Part shown: in pieces, positions 53,100 through 63,430 of the stretch
How positions within the stretch are numbered: position 1 is the first letter of the stretch
Layout of the letters: the number at the start of each line of letters is the position of its first letter
Assembly: GCA_046350735.1 (NCBI GenBank)
Contig: JAXLZU010000001.1
Location: forward strand, 140,530 to 204,529
Source of the DNA: Candidatus Saccharimonadota bacterium
GTDB taxonomy: Bacteria; Patescibacteriota; Saccharimonadia; CAILAD01; BJGX01
DNA length: 64,000 nucleotides
Direction: 5' to 3'
The notes under the pieces: model-generated
Databases searched by the model: none
What the model saw: only the letters and a program-made list of their open reading frames with translations
Told to the model about the DNA's origin: nothing
Program-made: the position numbers and the translations under genes

Positions 53100-55252
53100 T
53101 GAGTAAAATTCTCGACGGCCTTAATGATCAACAGCGTGAGGCTGTGTTGGCAATTGATGGCCCAGTACTAATGTTGGCCGGTGCCGGCTCTGGCAAAACA
53201 AAAACCCTTACTCACCGCTTGGCATATTTAGTGCAAGAAAAAAAAATAAATCCGGCAAATATCTTAGCGGTAACTTTTACTAATAAAGCTGCCGGCGAAA
53301 TGCGTCGACGGGTAGCCAGACTATTACGCTTTGACGATAATAATTCGCAGTATCTACCATTTCTCGGAACATTTCACTCTATTGCTAATCGCATTTTGCG
53401 TCGCGAGGCAGCAGAGATTGGGTATAGTAGTAACTTTCTTATTTACGATACATCAGACAGCCAATCGCTTATTAAGAAGATATTAAAAGATCTTAAGATA
53501 GATGAAAAACAAATTACTCCTAGCGGTATTGCAAATGCTATATCGAGTGCCAAGAACGAGTTGGTAAGCCCTAATGAATATAAGGCATTTGCCACTGGTA
53601 AAATACAAGAAGCAGCTGCTCAGGTATATCCTATTTATCAAAAAGAACTGCTTAAGGCAGGTGCCATGGACTTTGATGATCTTATTATGAAGCTTACAGT
53701 CTTGCTTATCGAAAACGAAACAATTCGTAAAAAATACCAAAAACAATTTGAATATATACTGGTAGATGAGTATCAAGACACCAACCAGGCACAGTATCAG
53801 ATGGTAAAACTCCTAGCTCAGACCCATCATAATATCTGTGTGGTAGGTGATGACTGGCAAAGTATTTATTCTTGGCGTGGGGCTAATTATGAAAATATTT
53901 TAAATTTCGAAAAAGATTATCCCGAGGCTAAGGTTATTAAATTAGAACGTAACTACCGAAGTACCCAAAATATCTTAGACGCAGCACACGCAGTAATTAC
54001 TCGTAATACTTCGCGATCAGAAAAGACTCTTTGGACAGAACAAGGTAGCGGCGAACAAATTCATATTGTTGGTGTACGAGATGAGCTCGATGAAGGTAGG
54101 TTTGTAATTGAAACAATCGGGCAGCTGCAAAAGCAAGATACTCGTCTGGGGCTGCACGACTTTGCAATTTTGTACCGCACGAATGCCCAGTCTCGATCAT
54201 TAGAAGAAGCTTTTTTACGGTATGGTGTTCCATACCAAATTATTGGCGGCGTGCGTTTTTACGAACGTAAAGAGATAAAAGATATCTTGGCATATTTACG
54301 ATTTATCTATCAGCCCAATGATGCTGTTAGTCTAGGACGTATTATTAATGTTCCGGCTAGGGCACTCGGGCAAAAATCTCTCAGTGTGTTTTACGACTAT
54401 GCTGCTAAGTACGAATTGCCATTGCTTGATGCTATGGCACAAGCTGGAGAAATAGAAGGGCTAAGCACGAGGGCTTCGGCTAGTTTGGTAGAATTTGGCG
54501 CCATGATAACAAGTCTTGCCGAGCTGAGCAAAACGGTTCCAGTAAGTGAGTTTATAGATGCAACATTAAAACGAAGTGGCTATTTAGATTATCTTAACGA
54601 TGGTAGTCTGAGCGCCGAAGAACGGGTAGAGAACGTACGAGAGCTTATCTCGGTAGCCAAAGCGTATGACACCACGGGTCTAGACGAGTTCTTGTCAGAG
54701 ATCAGCTTAATTGCCGATGTAGATAGTCTAAAGAATGGAGGTGAAGCAGTAGTAATGATGACCCTGCACTCTGCCAAAGGGTTGGAGTTTAATACTGTCT
54801 TTATCTGCGGAATGGAAGAAGGAATTTTTCCGCATAGCCGTACGTTTTTCGAACCTAGCGAGCTCGAAGAAGAACGCCGCTTATGTTATGTAGGTATGAC
54901 CAGGGCTAAAGAACGTTTGTATTTATTACACGCGCATGGTCGACTACTCTATGGTACTACTCAACATAATGTACCATCTCGGTTCTTAAGTGAGATTCCT
55001 GACAATTTAGTAGTGCACGAAAGCAAAAATACTATTGCAAGCATGCAGTCACAACATGTAGGAGAAAAAGAGCAGCCAAATGACCCTTTTATGGCAGATA
55101 CTCCTACATTAACAACGGGTGATAGGGTAATGCACGAGAGCTGGGGTGAGGGAGAGGTGGTGCACGCAGGTGAATACGAGGTAACTGTGCGTTTTGCGAG
55201 TGTCGGACAAAAAACACTCAACCTTACTTTTGCACCACTGAGGAAGTTATAG
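53099..55252 (+). CDS. pcrA: ATP-dependent DNA helicase, UvrD/PcrA/Rep family
   Basis: 'LAGAGSGKTKTLTHR', 'ILVDEYQDTN', 'VVGDDWQSIYSWRGA', 'LERNYRST', 'MTLHSAKGLEF', 'VGMTRAKERL'. Confidence 0.95.
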   Translation: MSKILDGLNDQQREAVLAIDGPVLMLAGAGSGKTKTLTHRLAYLVQEKKINPANILAVTFTNKAAGEMRRRVARLLRFDDNNSQYLPFLGTFHSIANRILRREAAEIGYSSNFLIYDTSDSQSLIKKILKDLKIDEKQITPSGIANAISSAKNELVSPNEYKAFATGKIQEAAAQVYPIYQKELLKAGAMDFDDLIMKLTVLLIENETIRKKYQKQFEYILVDEYQDTNQAQYQMVKLLAQTHHNICVVGDDWQSIYSWRGANYENILNFEKDYPEAKVIKLERNYRSTQNILDAAHAVITRNTSRSEKTLWTEQGSGEQIHIVGVRDELDEGRFVIETIGQLQKQDTRLGLHDFAILYRTNAQSRSLEEAFLRYGVPYQIIGGVRFYERKEIKDILAYLRFIYQPNDAVSLGRIINVPARALGQKSLSVFYDYAAKYELPLLDAMAQAGEIEGLSTRASASLVEFGAMITSLAELSKTVPVSEFIDATLKRSGYLDYLNDGSLSAEERVENVRELISVAKAYDTTGLDEFLSEISLIADVDSLKNGGEAVVMMTLHSAKGLEFNTVFICGMEEGIFPHSRTFFEPSELEEERRLCYVGMTRAKERLYLLHAHGRLLYGTTQHNVPSRFLSEIPDNLVVHESKNTIASMQSQHVGEKEQPNDPFMADTPTLTTGDRVMHESWGEGEVVHAGEYEVTVRFASVGQKTLNLTFAPLRKL

Positions 55253-55481
55253 CCCTCTATCTTATTTCGAACACATATCTTGTTCGAGTCAAGATTGACA
55301 AGCCATAAGCATAAAAGATAAAATAGCGCTTAAGGTAAAACAAAAACAAAATCACGAGATAGTTTACTAACAAAGTGAGGCAGTTATTTTACCGAAGTTT
55401 GATAGCGTTTCTCGTAAACGTTTAATACGTAAAAAAAAGAGCAAGGTAGTAAAATCGAAGCCGTATACCTTTAAGCGAGGC

Positions 55482-56597
55482 TTGTTGGTATTTGGGCTTA
55501 TTTTTATGTTTATTATGCTGGTTAGTAATTGGGCTAACAACCAGATTACTGTACCTACCGATCAAAAAGCCTTTGCTGATGGCCAGAACCTAGTAAGTGT
55601 ATACTATGATGGCAATAAGAAGACTGTTGCTACCAACGCCAATACTGTTGGCGAGGCTCTACAGAAGATGGGAGTCACTCTTAATAAAGGGGATGTCGTT
55701 GAGCCGGCTGCTGACCAGCCACTAAGTGAAGCAGTAACCAATATAAATGTTTACCGTGCTTATCCATATGTTATTTATGATGGCAACAAGAAGATTCAGA
55801 CACTCTCTGGCTACCGTAGTCCTCGCAAAATTATTGAGCAAGCTGGCATTACTGTTTATCCAGAAGACGATATTACTACCGATAGAATAGATCAGTTTGA
55901 GAGCGCCGGCTCGGTAGGTGAAAGCATTCATATAGATAGAGCGATGCCTGTAACAGTAGTTCTAGCTGGTAAAACTTTTGAGTTTCGCACTCATAAAGGT
56001 ACCGTTGCAGAACTTTTTACCGAAAAAGGACTCGAAATTAAGCCATCAGACGGGTTAAATACACCTCTTACTACTAAGCTAACACCAGGTATGAAAGTTA
56101 TTGTTCGTCGTCTGGCGCAACATATTATTACCGAGCAACAAGCAATTGATCCTAACGTGCAGTATATTACCGATCAGTCAAAACCGGTTGGTTATAGTCA
56201 GGTACAAGACCCAGGTGCAGCCGGCTCGCAAACTCTTAGTTTCTTAGTGACAGATCAGGACGGTGTAGAACAGAGTAGACAGCTGCTTGATACTAAGGTA
56301 ACTTTGCAGCCACATACCAAAGTTGTGGTTATTGGCCCCTCTACCTTGCATTCTGGTAGTAGTCTAGCAGACGGTTGGGCTAAGTTACGTCAATGCGAAT
56401 CTGGTGGAAATTATGCCAACAAACGTAACCCACTCTATAGAGGTGCTTACCAATTCGATTATTCTACCTGGGGTAATTATGGTGGCTATCACGACCCAGC
56501 CGATGCTCCACCAGCGGTGCAAGATGCCAAAGCCCAAGAAACCTATGCCCGTCGTGGCGCTAGCCCATGGCCTATTTGCGGTCGGTTCCTACGCTAA
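55482..56597 (+). CDS. RpfB-like protein: DUF348 repeats, G5 domain, and a resuscitation-promoting-factor/transglycosylase-like domain
   Basis: TM anchor. Repeated 'V.V..DG....V.T...TVG.AL...G..L..GD' units. C-terminal 'WAKLRQCESGGNYANKRNPLYRGAYQFDYSTWGNYGG...ASPWPICG'. Confidence 0.65.
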   Translation: MLVFGLIFMFIMLVSNWANNQITVPTDQKAFADGQNLVSVYYDGNKKTVATNANTVGEALQKMGVTLNKGDVVEPAADQPLSEAVTNINVYRAYPYVIYDGNKKIQTLSGYRSPRKIIEQAGITVYPEDDITTDRIDQFESAGSVGESIHIDRAMPVTVVLAGKTFEFRTHKGTVAELFTEKGLEIKPSDGLNTPLTTKLTPGMKVIVRRLAQHIITEQQAIDPNVQYITDQSKPVGYSQVQDPGAAGSQTLSFLVTDQDGVEQSRQLLDTKVTLQPHTKVVVIGPSTLHSGSSLADGWAKLRQCESGGNYANKRNPLYRGAYQFDYSTWGNYGGYHDPADAPPAVQDAKAQETYARRGASPWPICGRFLR

Positions 56598-56639
56598 TAC
56601 TCCACTACATCACTCTCAACTCCGTGGTACAATCTTTGC

Positions 56640-57431
56640 ATGAAGATAAAAGCTAAAAAATCTCTTGGTCAACACTGGTTGCGCGATAAAGCCACCCTAT
56701 TTGATGTTGTAACAGCGGCAGAGATTACAAAAGATGATACTGTTTTAGAAGTTGGTCCCGGCCTCGGTGCTCTTACCGAAATACTCTGCGAATCTGCAAA
56801 ACAAGTGATAGCTGTAGAGGCGGACTCAGAGCTAATATCGCCACTGAAGGTTCAGTTTTATAATACGCCAAATGTAGAGTTTGTAGAAGCAGACATACTT
56901 ACGTTCGATCTTGGTGTCTTACCGCAAAAGTATAAAGTGGCAGCTAATATACCTTACTATTTAACATCTAACCTTATTCGTATGTTTCTCGAGGCAAATA
57001 ATCCTCCAGAAATTATGGCCTTACTTATTCAAAAAGAAGTAGCTGAGAGGATAATAGCTAAACCCGGACAAATGTCAGTCTTGGCTTTTTCGGTGCAATA
57101 TTATGCCAAAGCTCAAATTACTCGTGCCGTAGGTAAAGAACTTTTTGACCCTCCACCCAAAGTAGAGTCGGCGATACTGCAAATTATTCGTCGAGACAAA
57201 CCAGTATTTAGCGCGGATAGAGAAAAGTTATTTAAGCTGGTAAAGGCAGGTTTTGGTGAGAAACGTAAAATGTTGCGCAACGCATTGGCTGGTGGATTGC
57301 GCCTAGAAACTAGTCAAGTCGAAGAATTGCTGCAAAAATCAGGCCTACCGGCAAACGCACGTGCGCAAGAACTTAGCCTAGATGATTGGCGGCAAATATA
57401 CAATAATGCTTTAGCTTTACAGATTATTTAG
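56640..57431 (+). CDS. rsmA: 16S rRNA (adenine1518/1519-N6)-dimethyltransferase RsmA/KsgA
   Basis: 'SLGQHWL.D', SAM motif 'VLEVGPGLGALTE', 'NIPYYLTS'. Confidence 0.85.
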   Translation: MKIKAKKSLGQHWLRDKATLFDVVTAAEITKDDTVLEVGPGLGALTEILCESAKQVIAVEADSELISPLKVQFYNTPNVEFVEADILTFDLGVLPQKYKVAANIPYYLTSNLIRMFLEANNPPEIMALLIQKEVAERIIAKPGQMSVLAFSVQYYAKAQITRAVGKELFDPPPKVESAILQIIRRDKPVFSADREKLFKLVKAGFGEKRKMLRNALAGGLRLETSQVEELLQKSGLPANARAQELSLDDWRQIYNNALALQII

Positions 57432-57472
57432 ATAAGGTATAATACTGAAGTTCTATCCATCACAGAGAAAAG

Positions 57473-57958
57473 GTGAATATGGACGACGTTGATGTTTATC
57501 AACTGGTACCTAGACATTTTGCCAATGCGCTACCGGGCGCTTGCTTGCACGATAAGTTGGTTTCGCTATTTTATCAGCTGCTAGGTGAAGTAGATATTGA
57601 AGATATTATATCTACTGTGGTGTGTGATTTCTCTAATCTAGTGGTTGCAGAAATTGGAAGAAATTATAAGGCACTAGGAATAGAATTTGGCGAAATTGTT
57701 GGCGCTGCTACACTGATTGTTATGCTTACTCCTCATGGTAGGGTGGGTTATGTACACGATGTAATTGTCGACGAAAAGTATAGAGGCAAAGGTATTGGCC
57801 GAAAATTGATGCAAGAAATAATTCAGATTGCTCAAGACAATAGTCTAAAGGAGATTAATCTTACCACCAATGCCCCAAAACGACCAAACGCTGAAGCTTT
57901 GTACCTGAGTCTGGGGTTTTGCAAGAAGCCCACCGGCTTTTATGTAATAACTATTTAG
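57473..57958 (+). CDS. GNAT-family N-acetyltransferase
   Basis: 'GYVHDVIVDEKYRGKGIGRKLMQEIIQIA' is the motif A (Q/RxxGxG/A) region. Confidence 0.75.
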   Translation: MNMDDVDVYQLVPRHFANALPGACLHDKLVSLFYQLLGEVDIEDIISTVVCDFSNLVVAEIGRNYKALGIEFGEIVGAATLIVMLTPHGRVGYVHDVIVDEKYRGKGIGRKLMQEIIQIAQDNSLKEINLTTNAPKRPNAEALYLSLGFCKKPTGFYVITI

Positions 57959-58030
57959 TACTCACTCCTCAATCATTACCGATTGGGGTTTTTATATATT
58001 TACAGATAAAGCTTATGATAAAATAAACAT

Positions 58031-60019
58031 ATGAATTTAGGCAGCAAATATACACGACATCTTCGAGGTCTAATTGCTGTTATACTAGGCGCATTAATTT
58101 TACTAACGGCTTTTGCACATAGCACACAAGCAAGCAGTGATTTTAGCTATAATGTGGCGGTAAATTATCGCGTTACCAGTGATGCCAATACTCGCGTGCA
58201 AGAGATATATAGCGTTACGAGCCGCAGCGCCAATAAATATCTTTCTAATATTCAGTTATCTACACCTACTGACGATGTACGAAATATTAGTGTGGAATAT
58301 AGTGATGGCAGCAACATTCCATTTAGTACCACCAAAAAGCATACTGAGGTATCGGGCTATCCATATGACTATGTAGAAATAGATATTAATTTTACACGCC
58401 AAACTTCTGGAGTTGGATCTACTTGGAGTTTTGTTGTGAGTTACGACACCTCCAAATTGGTAGAAACAAAGGGCGGGGCACATACTGTCTACGTGCCTGC
58501 AATATCTCAAGACTCTAGCGAAAGTTACTCGGTAAAACTAACTGTGCCAGAAAGTTTTGGCACGCTTCACACCACTGGCCCAAGGCCAATTAGTCAAAGT
58601 AGTAAAAATGGGCAAGTTACTTACGGATTTGATAAAAAAGACCTTATAGATAAATCGCTGGCTTTGGTTTTTGGTGATAGTACAGTCTATAAAGTTAATT
58701 TTAATTTTCCACTCAATAACGATTCACCAATAACACAAACTTTTACCATAGCCTTACCTCCTAATACTTCGGGACAGAAGATTATCTTAAGAGGTCTTAG
58801 CCCTCAACCAAAAAACACCCGCCTAGACGTTGATGGCAATATTCTGGCTGATTACGATGTACCTGCGCATACACATATTGTCGTGCAGACCGATGTACAG
58901 GCAGTTATTCGCTATTTAGAATACGACCTTTCAAAAAGCGGTACTAAGTCACAAATACCCAAAGACCTAGTCGCGCGTTATACTTCGAGCCAACAATATT
59001 GGCCCGCCAATAATGCTCAAATACAAGCCAAAGCCAAAGAGCTTACGGCCGGTAAACCAAAGGTAGCCGACCAAGTATTAGCGATTAATAATTATGTTAT
59101 TGATACGCTTAGTTATAATAACGAAAAAATCAAATATAATATTCGCCAAGGTGGAATAAAGGCTTTGCAAGATCCAAACAATGTAGTGTGTTTGGAATAT
59201 TCCGATTTAACAATTAGTTTACTTAGAGCTGCTGGTATTCCGGCAAGAATGCCGATAGGGTACGGGTATAGTGGCGACCTCAAACAATCTACTGCTGTTA
59301 CAGACTCACTGCATAGTTGGGTGCAGGCGTATGTACCAGAAATAGGCTGGATGAATCTAGACCCTACATGGGGAGAAAAATTTCACAATTTTGGCAGCTC
59401 AGACTTAGACCATGTTGCTTTTGCCATTTGGGGCCAGAGCGATGATAGCCCGGTAGCTGTAACTGCATCTGGAAGAGATACAAATTATCAGTACGAAAAT
59501 ACTACAATTACGTATGAGAGCTTGCCTGCCAATATAGTACTCGATGGCAAACTAAGTGGTAGTAAATGGCAGATATTACCCTTTCTATCGCTGGTAAAAT
59601 ATGATGTGGTGGCACCAACTTCAACCGCTGGAGAAGACTATGTGCTCGAGTCTCGCTCGGGAGCTTCGACATTTACTATTATGTTGGGTAATTTGGCGCC
59701 ACAACAAAAAGCAACATTTTATCGTCCAGAGTTTGGAGTAAGTGCCGCTAAGGCTGAGACTGTAGAGTTTACACAAAATGGTAATACAGCACTCATCTTA
59801 GCAACAGCCCGTCTTGGGGCAACTAACTGGCCAATGTGGATTGTATTGGTTGTTATAGCTAGCCTTATTATCTGGAAACTGGTACAATTAAGAGCCAAAA
59901 AGACAAAACAAACTAGCAGTGATGCACCAAAAGCTATTCCTACACTCACAACAGCGCCAGACGAAAAAGAAGAAGTAAAGAATGAAGAAAACCACCAAAG
60001 TAAACCAAGCAAAAAATAA
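58031..60019 (+). CDS. Transglutaminase-like (Cys-His-Asp papain-fold) domain surface protein, C-terminally membrane-anchored
   Basis: Signal peptide. Core 'VVCLEYSDLTISLLRAAGIPARMPIGY...SLHSWVQAYVPEIGWMNLDPTWG'. C-terminal TM helix 'WPMWIVLVVIASLIIW' plus a basic tail. Confidence 0.7.
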   Translation: MNLGSKYTRHLRGLIAVILGALILLTAFAHSTQASSDFSYNVAVNYRVTSDANTRVQEIYSVTSRSANKYLSNIQLSTPTDDVRNISVEYSDGSNIPFSTTKKHTEVSGYPYDYVEIDINFTRQTSGVGSTWSFVVSYDTSKLVETKGGAHTVYVPAISQDSSESYSVKLTVPESFGTLHTTGPRPISQSSKNGQVTYGFDKKDLIDKSLALVFGDSTVYKVNFNFPLNNDSPITQTFTIALPPNTSGQKIILRGLSPQPKNTRLDVDGNILADYDVPAHTHIVVQTDVQAVIRYLEYDLSKSGTKSQIPKDLVARYTSSQQYWPANNAQIQAKAKELTAGKPKVADQVLAINNYVIDTLSYNNEKIKYNIRQGGIKALQDPNNVVCLEYSDLTISLLRAAGIPARMPIGYGYSGDLKQSTAVTDSLHSWVQAYVPEIGWMNLDPTWGEKFHNFGSSDLDHVAFAIWGQSDDSPVAVTASGRDTNYQYENTTITYESLPANIVLDGKLSGSKWQILPFLSLVKYDVVAPTSTAGEDYVLESRSGASTFTIMLGNLAPQQKATFYRPEFGVSAAKAETVEFTQNGNTALILATARLGATNWPMWIVLVVIASLIIWKLVQLRAKKTKQTSSDAPKAIPTLTTAPDEKEEVKNEENHQSKPSKK

Positions 60020-61433
60020 GTTCTACGTAACGACACCTATTTATTATATTAATGATGTGCCGCATATTGGGCATGCGTATTCTACAATAGCTGCCGACAC
60101 GTTGGCACGCTACTATCGTGGTAAGTTAGGTAAAGATAATGTCTTATTTGTAACCGGAACCGACGAAAACTCGCAAAAAACAATTAATGCTGCGGAGCTT
60201 GCCAAACAAAGTCCAGAAGAATATACAGAAATAACCGCCCAAAAATGGCAAAACATCTTTAATACACTTGGCATTACTTACAATCGATTTATTCGCACAA
60301 CAGAAGACGATCATAAAAAAACTGTACAAGACATTTTGCAAAAAGTGTATGACAATGGCGATATTTATAAAGGTGTCTATGAAGGCTTGTATTGTGTTGG
60401 CCATGAAGCATTTATGAAAGAAGAAGACCTTGTAGATGGTCTTTGCCCCGATCACAAAAAAGCCCCAGAACACATTAAAGAAGAGAATTGGTTCTTTAAG
60501 CTCAGTAAGTATCAAGACAGATTAAAGCATTATATTTTAGATAACCCAGATTTTATTCAGCCACAATCGCGCCGTAATGAAGTATTAAGTTTTATCGAAA
60601 CAAAAGGTCTTGAAGACTTTAGTATTAGTCGCGAAACACAAGACTGGGGAATACGATTGCCATTTGACGATAGCCAAGTGGCCTATGTGTGGTTTGATGC
60701 GCTACTTAACTATGTAACTGCCGCTGGCTATGGCACAGAAAAGTTTGATAAATGGTGGCCAGCAGATTTACATATTGTCGGTAAAGATATTATTAAGTTT
60801 CATTGTATCTACTGGCCAGCAATGTTATGGAGTGCCGGTTTAGATTTACCTCATCAAGTTTTTGCGCATGGATTCTTTACAAATAATGGCGAAAAAATTA
60901 GCAAAAGTCTTGGCAATGCCATTGATCCAATTGAGTTAGTACAAAAATATGGCAATGATGCTCTGCGTTACTATTTATTACGCGAAATAACTTTTGGTAG
61001 CGATGGTGACTTTAGCTTGCAACGTTTTAACGAAGTATATAACTCTGACCTAGCAAATAACCTAGGCAATCTTGTATCGAGATTGGCTACAATGCTTAAT
61101 AAATACAATAATGCCGAGTATAACGAAGTAAAGGTAAAGCCGCGCTATGAGTACGAAGATGATATTACGCAGTTAAAATTCCATGCATGCCTTAGTGAAT
61201 TATTTTCTTGGCTCGATAGCCTGAATGGTGCAATAGAAGAAAACAAACCGTGGGAGTTGTTTAAGACAAACCCCCAAAAGACTGTAGAGGTGTTAAGCGC
61301 AATTACTTGTGAGATGGTAATGATTGCTAAATACTTAGAACCATTCTTGCCCGAAGCGAGTAAAAAAATACAAGCCATATTCAATAATGGTAATGTTCTT
61401 ACTCCTGAAGTTTTGTTTCCAAAATTTGACTAG
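59982..61433 (+). CDS. metG: Methionine--tRNA ligase (minimal form)
   Basis: HIGH region 'YINDVPHIGHAYSTIAADTLARYYR', KMSKS 'KISKSLGN', 'WFDALLNYVTA'. Start overlaps the upstream gene by 38 bp. Confidence 0.9.
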   Translation: MKKTTKVNQAKNKFYVTTPIYYINDVPHIGHAYSTIAADTLARYYRGKLGKDNVLFVTGTDENSQKTINAAELAKQSPEEYTEITAQKWQNIFNTLGITYNRFIRTTEDDHKKTVQDILQKVYDNGDIYKGVYEGLYCVGHEAFMKEEDLVDGLCPDHKKAPEHIKEENWFFKLSKYQDRLKHYILDNPDFIQPQSRRNEVLSFIETKGLEDFSISRETQDWGIRLPFDDSQVAYVWFDALLNYVTAAGYGTEKFDKWWPADLHIVGKDIIKFHCIYWPAMLWSAGLDLPHQVFAHGFFTNNGEKISKSLGNAIDPIELVQKYGNDALRYYLLREITFGSDGDFSLQRFNEVYNSDLANNLGNLVSRLATMLNKYNNAEYNEVKVKPRYEYEDDITQLKFHACLSELFSWLDSLNGAIEENKPWELFKTNPQKTVEVLSAITCEMVMIAKYLEPFLPEASKKIQAIFNNGNVLTPEVLFPKFD

Positions 61434-61453
61434 ATAATAAAGGAGAGCTCATC

Positions 61454-62254
61454 TTGCAGTTAATAGATACACATGCCCATATACATTTCGATGAGTTTAA
61501 AGACAATCTCACTGGGCTGTTTTCTCGTGCTCTAGAGACTGGTGTAGAATCTATCATTACAGTTGGTACGGATGATGTTGATTCTCGACAAGCATTAGAA
61601 TTTGTCAGAAATAAAGAGATTGCACAAACAGCCAAAGGGATTAGTCTATATGCCTCGGTAGGTATTCACCCACATGATGCTCATCTGGGTGGTGATGGAT
61701 TTCTAACTATTAAAGAGTTAGTACAAAATGAAGAATATAGTAACAAATTGGTTGCCATTGGAGAGTGTGGTTTGGATTATTATAAAAACCTTTCATCTCC
61801 CATAGAACAAAAAGAAATGTTACGCTGGCAAATAGAACTTGCGCAGGAGTGTAGTTTGCCACTTATTTTTCATGTTCGTGACGCCTGGGAAGATTTTTTT
61901 GCAATCATCAAAGACTACCCGAAAGTACGAGGTGTCATTCATAGCTTTACTGGAACAAAAAGAGAAGTTGAACAGGCCTTAGATTATAATCTCCACTTTG
62001 GGTTAAATGGGATTGTTACGTTTACCAAACAACAAGCACAATTGGATGGAGTACTAGCTATACCAAAAGAACGTATTGTACTCGAGACCGATTGTCCTTT
62101 CTTAACCCCAGTACCAATGCGAGGCAAGATTAATGAGCCGGGCTACATGCATTTTACTGCCGAGTTTGTAGCTAACTTACGTAATGAAAAACTAGAGGAA
62201 TTTTCTCAAGAAATTTTAGCGAATTCTAACGCACTGTTTAAGCTTGAAAAATAA
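61454..62254 (+). CDS. tatD: TatD-family metal-dependent DNase/hydrolase
   Basis: 'LIDTHAHIHFDEF', 'AIGECGLDYY', 'LPLIFHVRDA', 'HSFTG', 'LETDCPFLTP'. Apparent TTG start. Confidence 0.85.
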   Translation: MQLIDTHAHIHFDEFKDNLTGLFSRALETGVESIITVGTDDVDSRQALEFVRNKEIAQTAKGISLYASVGIHPHDAHLGGDGFLTIKELVQNEEYSNKLVAIGECGLDYYKNLSSPIEQKEMLRWQIELAQECSLPLIFHVRDAWEDFFAIIKDYPKVRGVIHSFTGTKREVEQALDYNLHFGLNGIVTFTKQQAQLDGVLAIPKERIVLETDCPFLTPVPMRGKINEPGYMHFTAEFVANLRNEKLEEFSQEILANSNALFKLEK

Positions 62255-62281
62255 TTTAAAAATACGTATAATAATGCAACT

Positions 62282-63430
62282 ATGAAGCGGGTTTATTTAG
62301 ACTATGCAGCGGCGACACCAATAGAAGCAGAAGTTGCGGTAGCTATGCAAAATGCAGTGGCGAATTTTGCGAATCCGGCTGCAGCGTATACTTCTGCAAG
62401 ACTAGCAAAAACCGAGCTCGACAAACATCGTAAGACACTAGCTATGTTTATTGGTGCTAACAGTGATGAGATAGTATTTACCAGTGGTGCAAGTGAGTCT
62501 AACAATCTGGCAATTTTGGGTGCAGCACGCAAAAAGGGTAAAGGTGAAATTATATCTGCCCTAAGCGAACATAGCTCTGTTCGTGAGCCGCTGAAGCAGC
62601 TAGAAAAAGAAGGTTTTATTGTTCACTGGTGCAGAGTAGATAACCAAGGTCGAATAGATAAAACACAGTTTAAACAACTGCTGCATACCAATACTATTCT
62701 TGTCACTCTAAGTTTGGCAAACTCAGAATATGGAACCATAGAAGATATTACTGGGCTTGTAGAAATAGTGCGAGAGTTTGAAAAAGAGCAGAAGTCAAAG
62801 GTGCTGTTTCATACCGATGCTAGTGCAGCGGCCATGGTAAATAATTGTAGTGTATCTCGGCTAGGGGTAGATCTGCTTACTCTGAGCAGCGCTAAGCTAT
62901 ATGGCCCAAATGGCATAGGGTTAGTATATGTGCGTCGAGGTAGCGCTATTCAGCCACAAATATTTGGTGGTAAGCAAGAAAATAGTTTGCGTGCCGGAAC
63001 AGAGAGTGGTTTTTTACTAGCCGGCTTTGCCAGGGCTATAGAAATAGTTCTGCAAAAGCGCAAAGACGATGAAAAGCATTTTAGAGAACTTTACTCTAAG
63101 CTAACAGATTACTTTAAGACAAAGAATGTGGTAATTAATGGTGATAGTAAGCATCGCTTGTACTCTTTGCTTAGTGTAAGTTTTAGGAATATTAATGGCG
63201 AAGATTTAGTTGCTTATCTAGACAGTAAGGGTTTTGAAGTTTCTACCGGAGCAGCCTGCGAAGTCAGTAATCAGACACCCAGCACGGCACTACTTGCGTT
63301 AGGACGAACCAAAAAAGAAGCTCAAGGCAGCTTACGTATTTCGTTTGGTAGAACCACTACAAGTAATGACATTATGGCATTCACAAACGCCCTAGAAGAA
63401 ACGTTAACTATACTAGAGAGTCAGCAATGA
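62282..63430 (+). CDS. Cysteine desulfurase (class V aminotransferase; IscS/NifS/SufS-like)
   Basis: 'RVYLDYAAATP', 'FTSGASESNN', PLP-lysine region 'LSSAKLYGPNGIGLVYVRR', 'SLRISFGRTTT'. Confidence 0.85.
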   Translation: MKRVYLDYAAATPIEAEVAVAMQNAVANFANPAAAYTSARLAKTELDKHRKTLAMFIGANSDEIVFTSGASESNNLAILGAARKKGKGEIISALSEHSSVREPLKQLEKEGFIVHWCRVDNQGRIDKTQFKQLLHTNTILVTLSLANSEYGTIEDITGLVEIVREFEKEQKSKVLFHTDASAAAMVNNCSVSRLGVDLLTLSSAKLYGPNGIGLVYVRRGSAIQPQIFGGKQENSLRAGTESGFLLAGFARAIEIVLQKRKDDEKHFRELYSKLTDYFKTKNVVINGDSKHRLYSLLSVSFRNINGEDLVAYLDSKGFEVSTGAACEVSNQTPSTALLALGRTKKEAQGSLRISFGRTTTSNDIMAFTNALEETLTILESQQ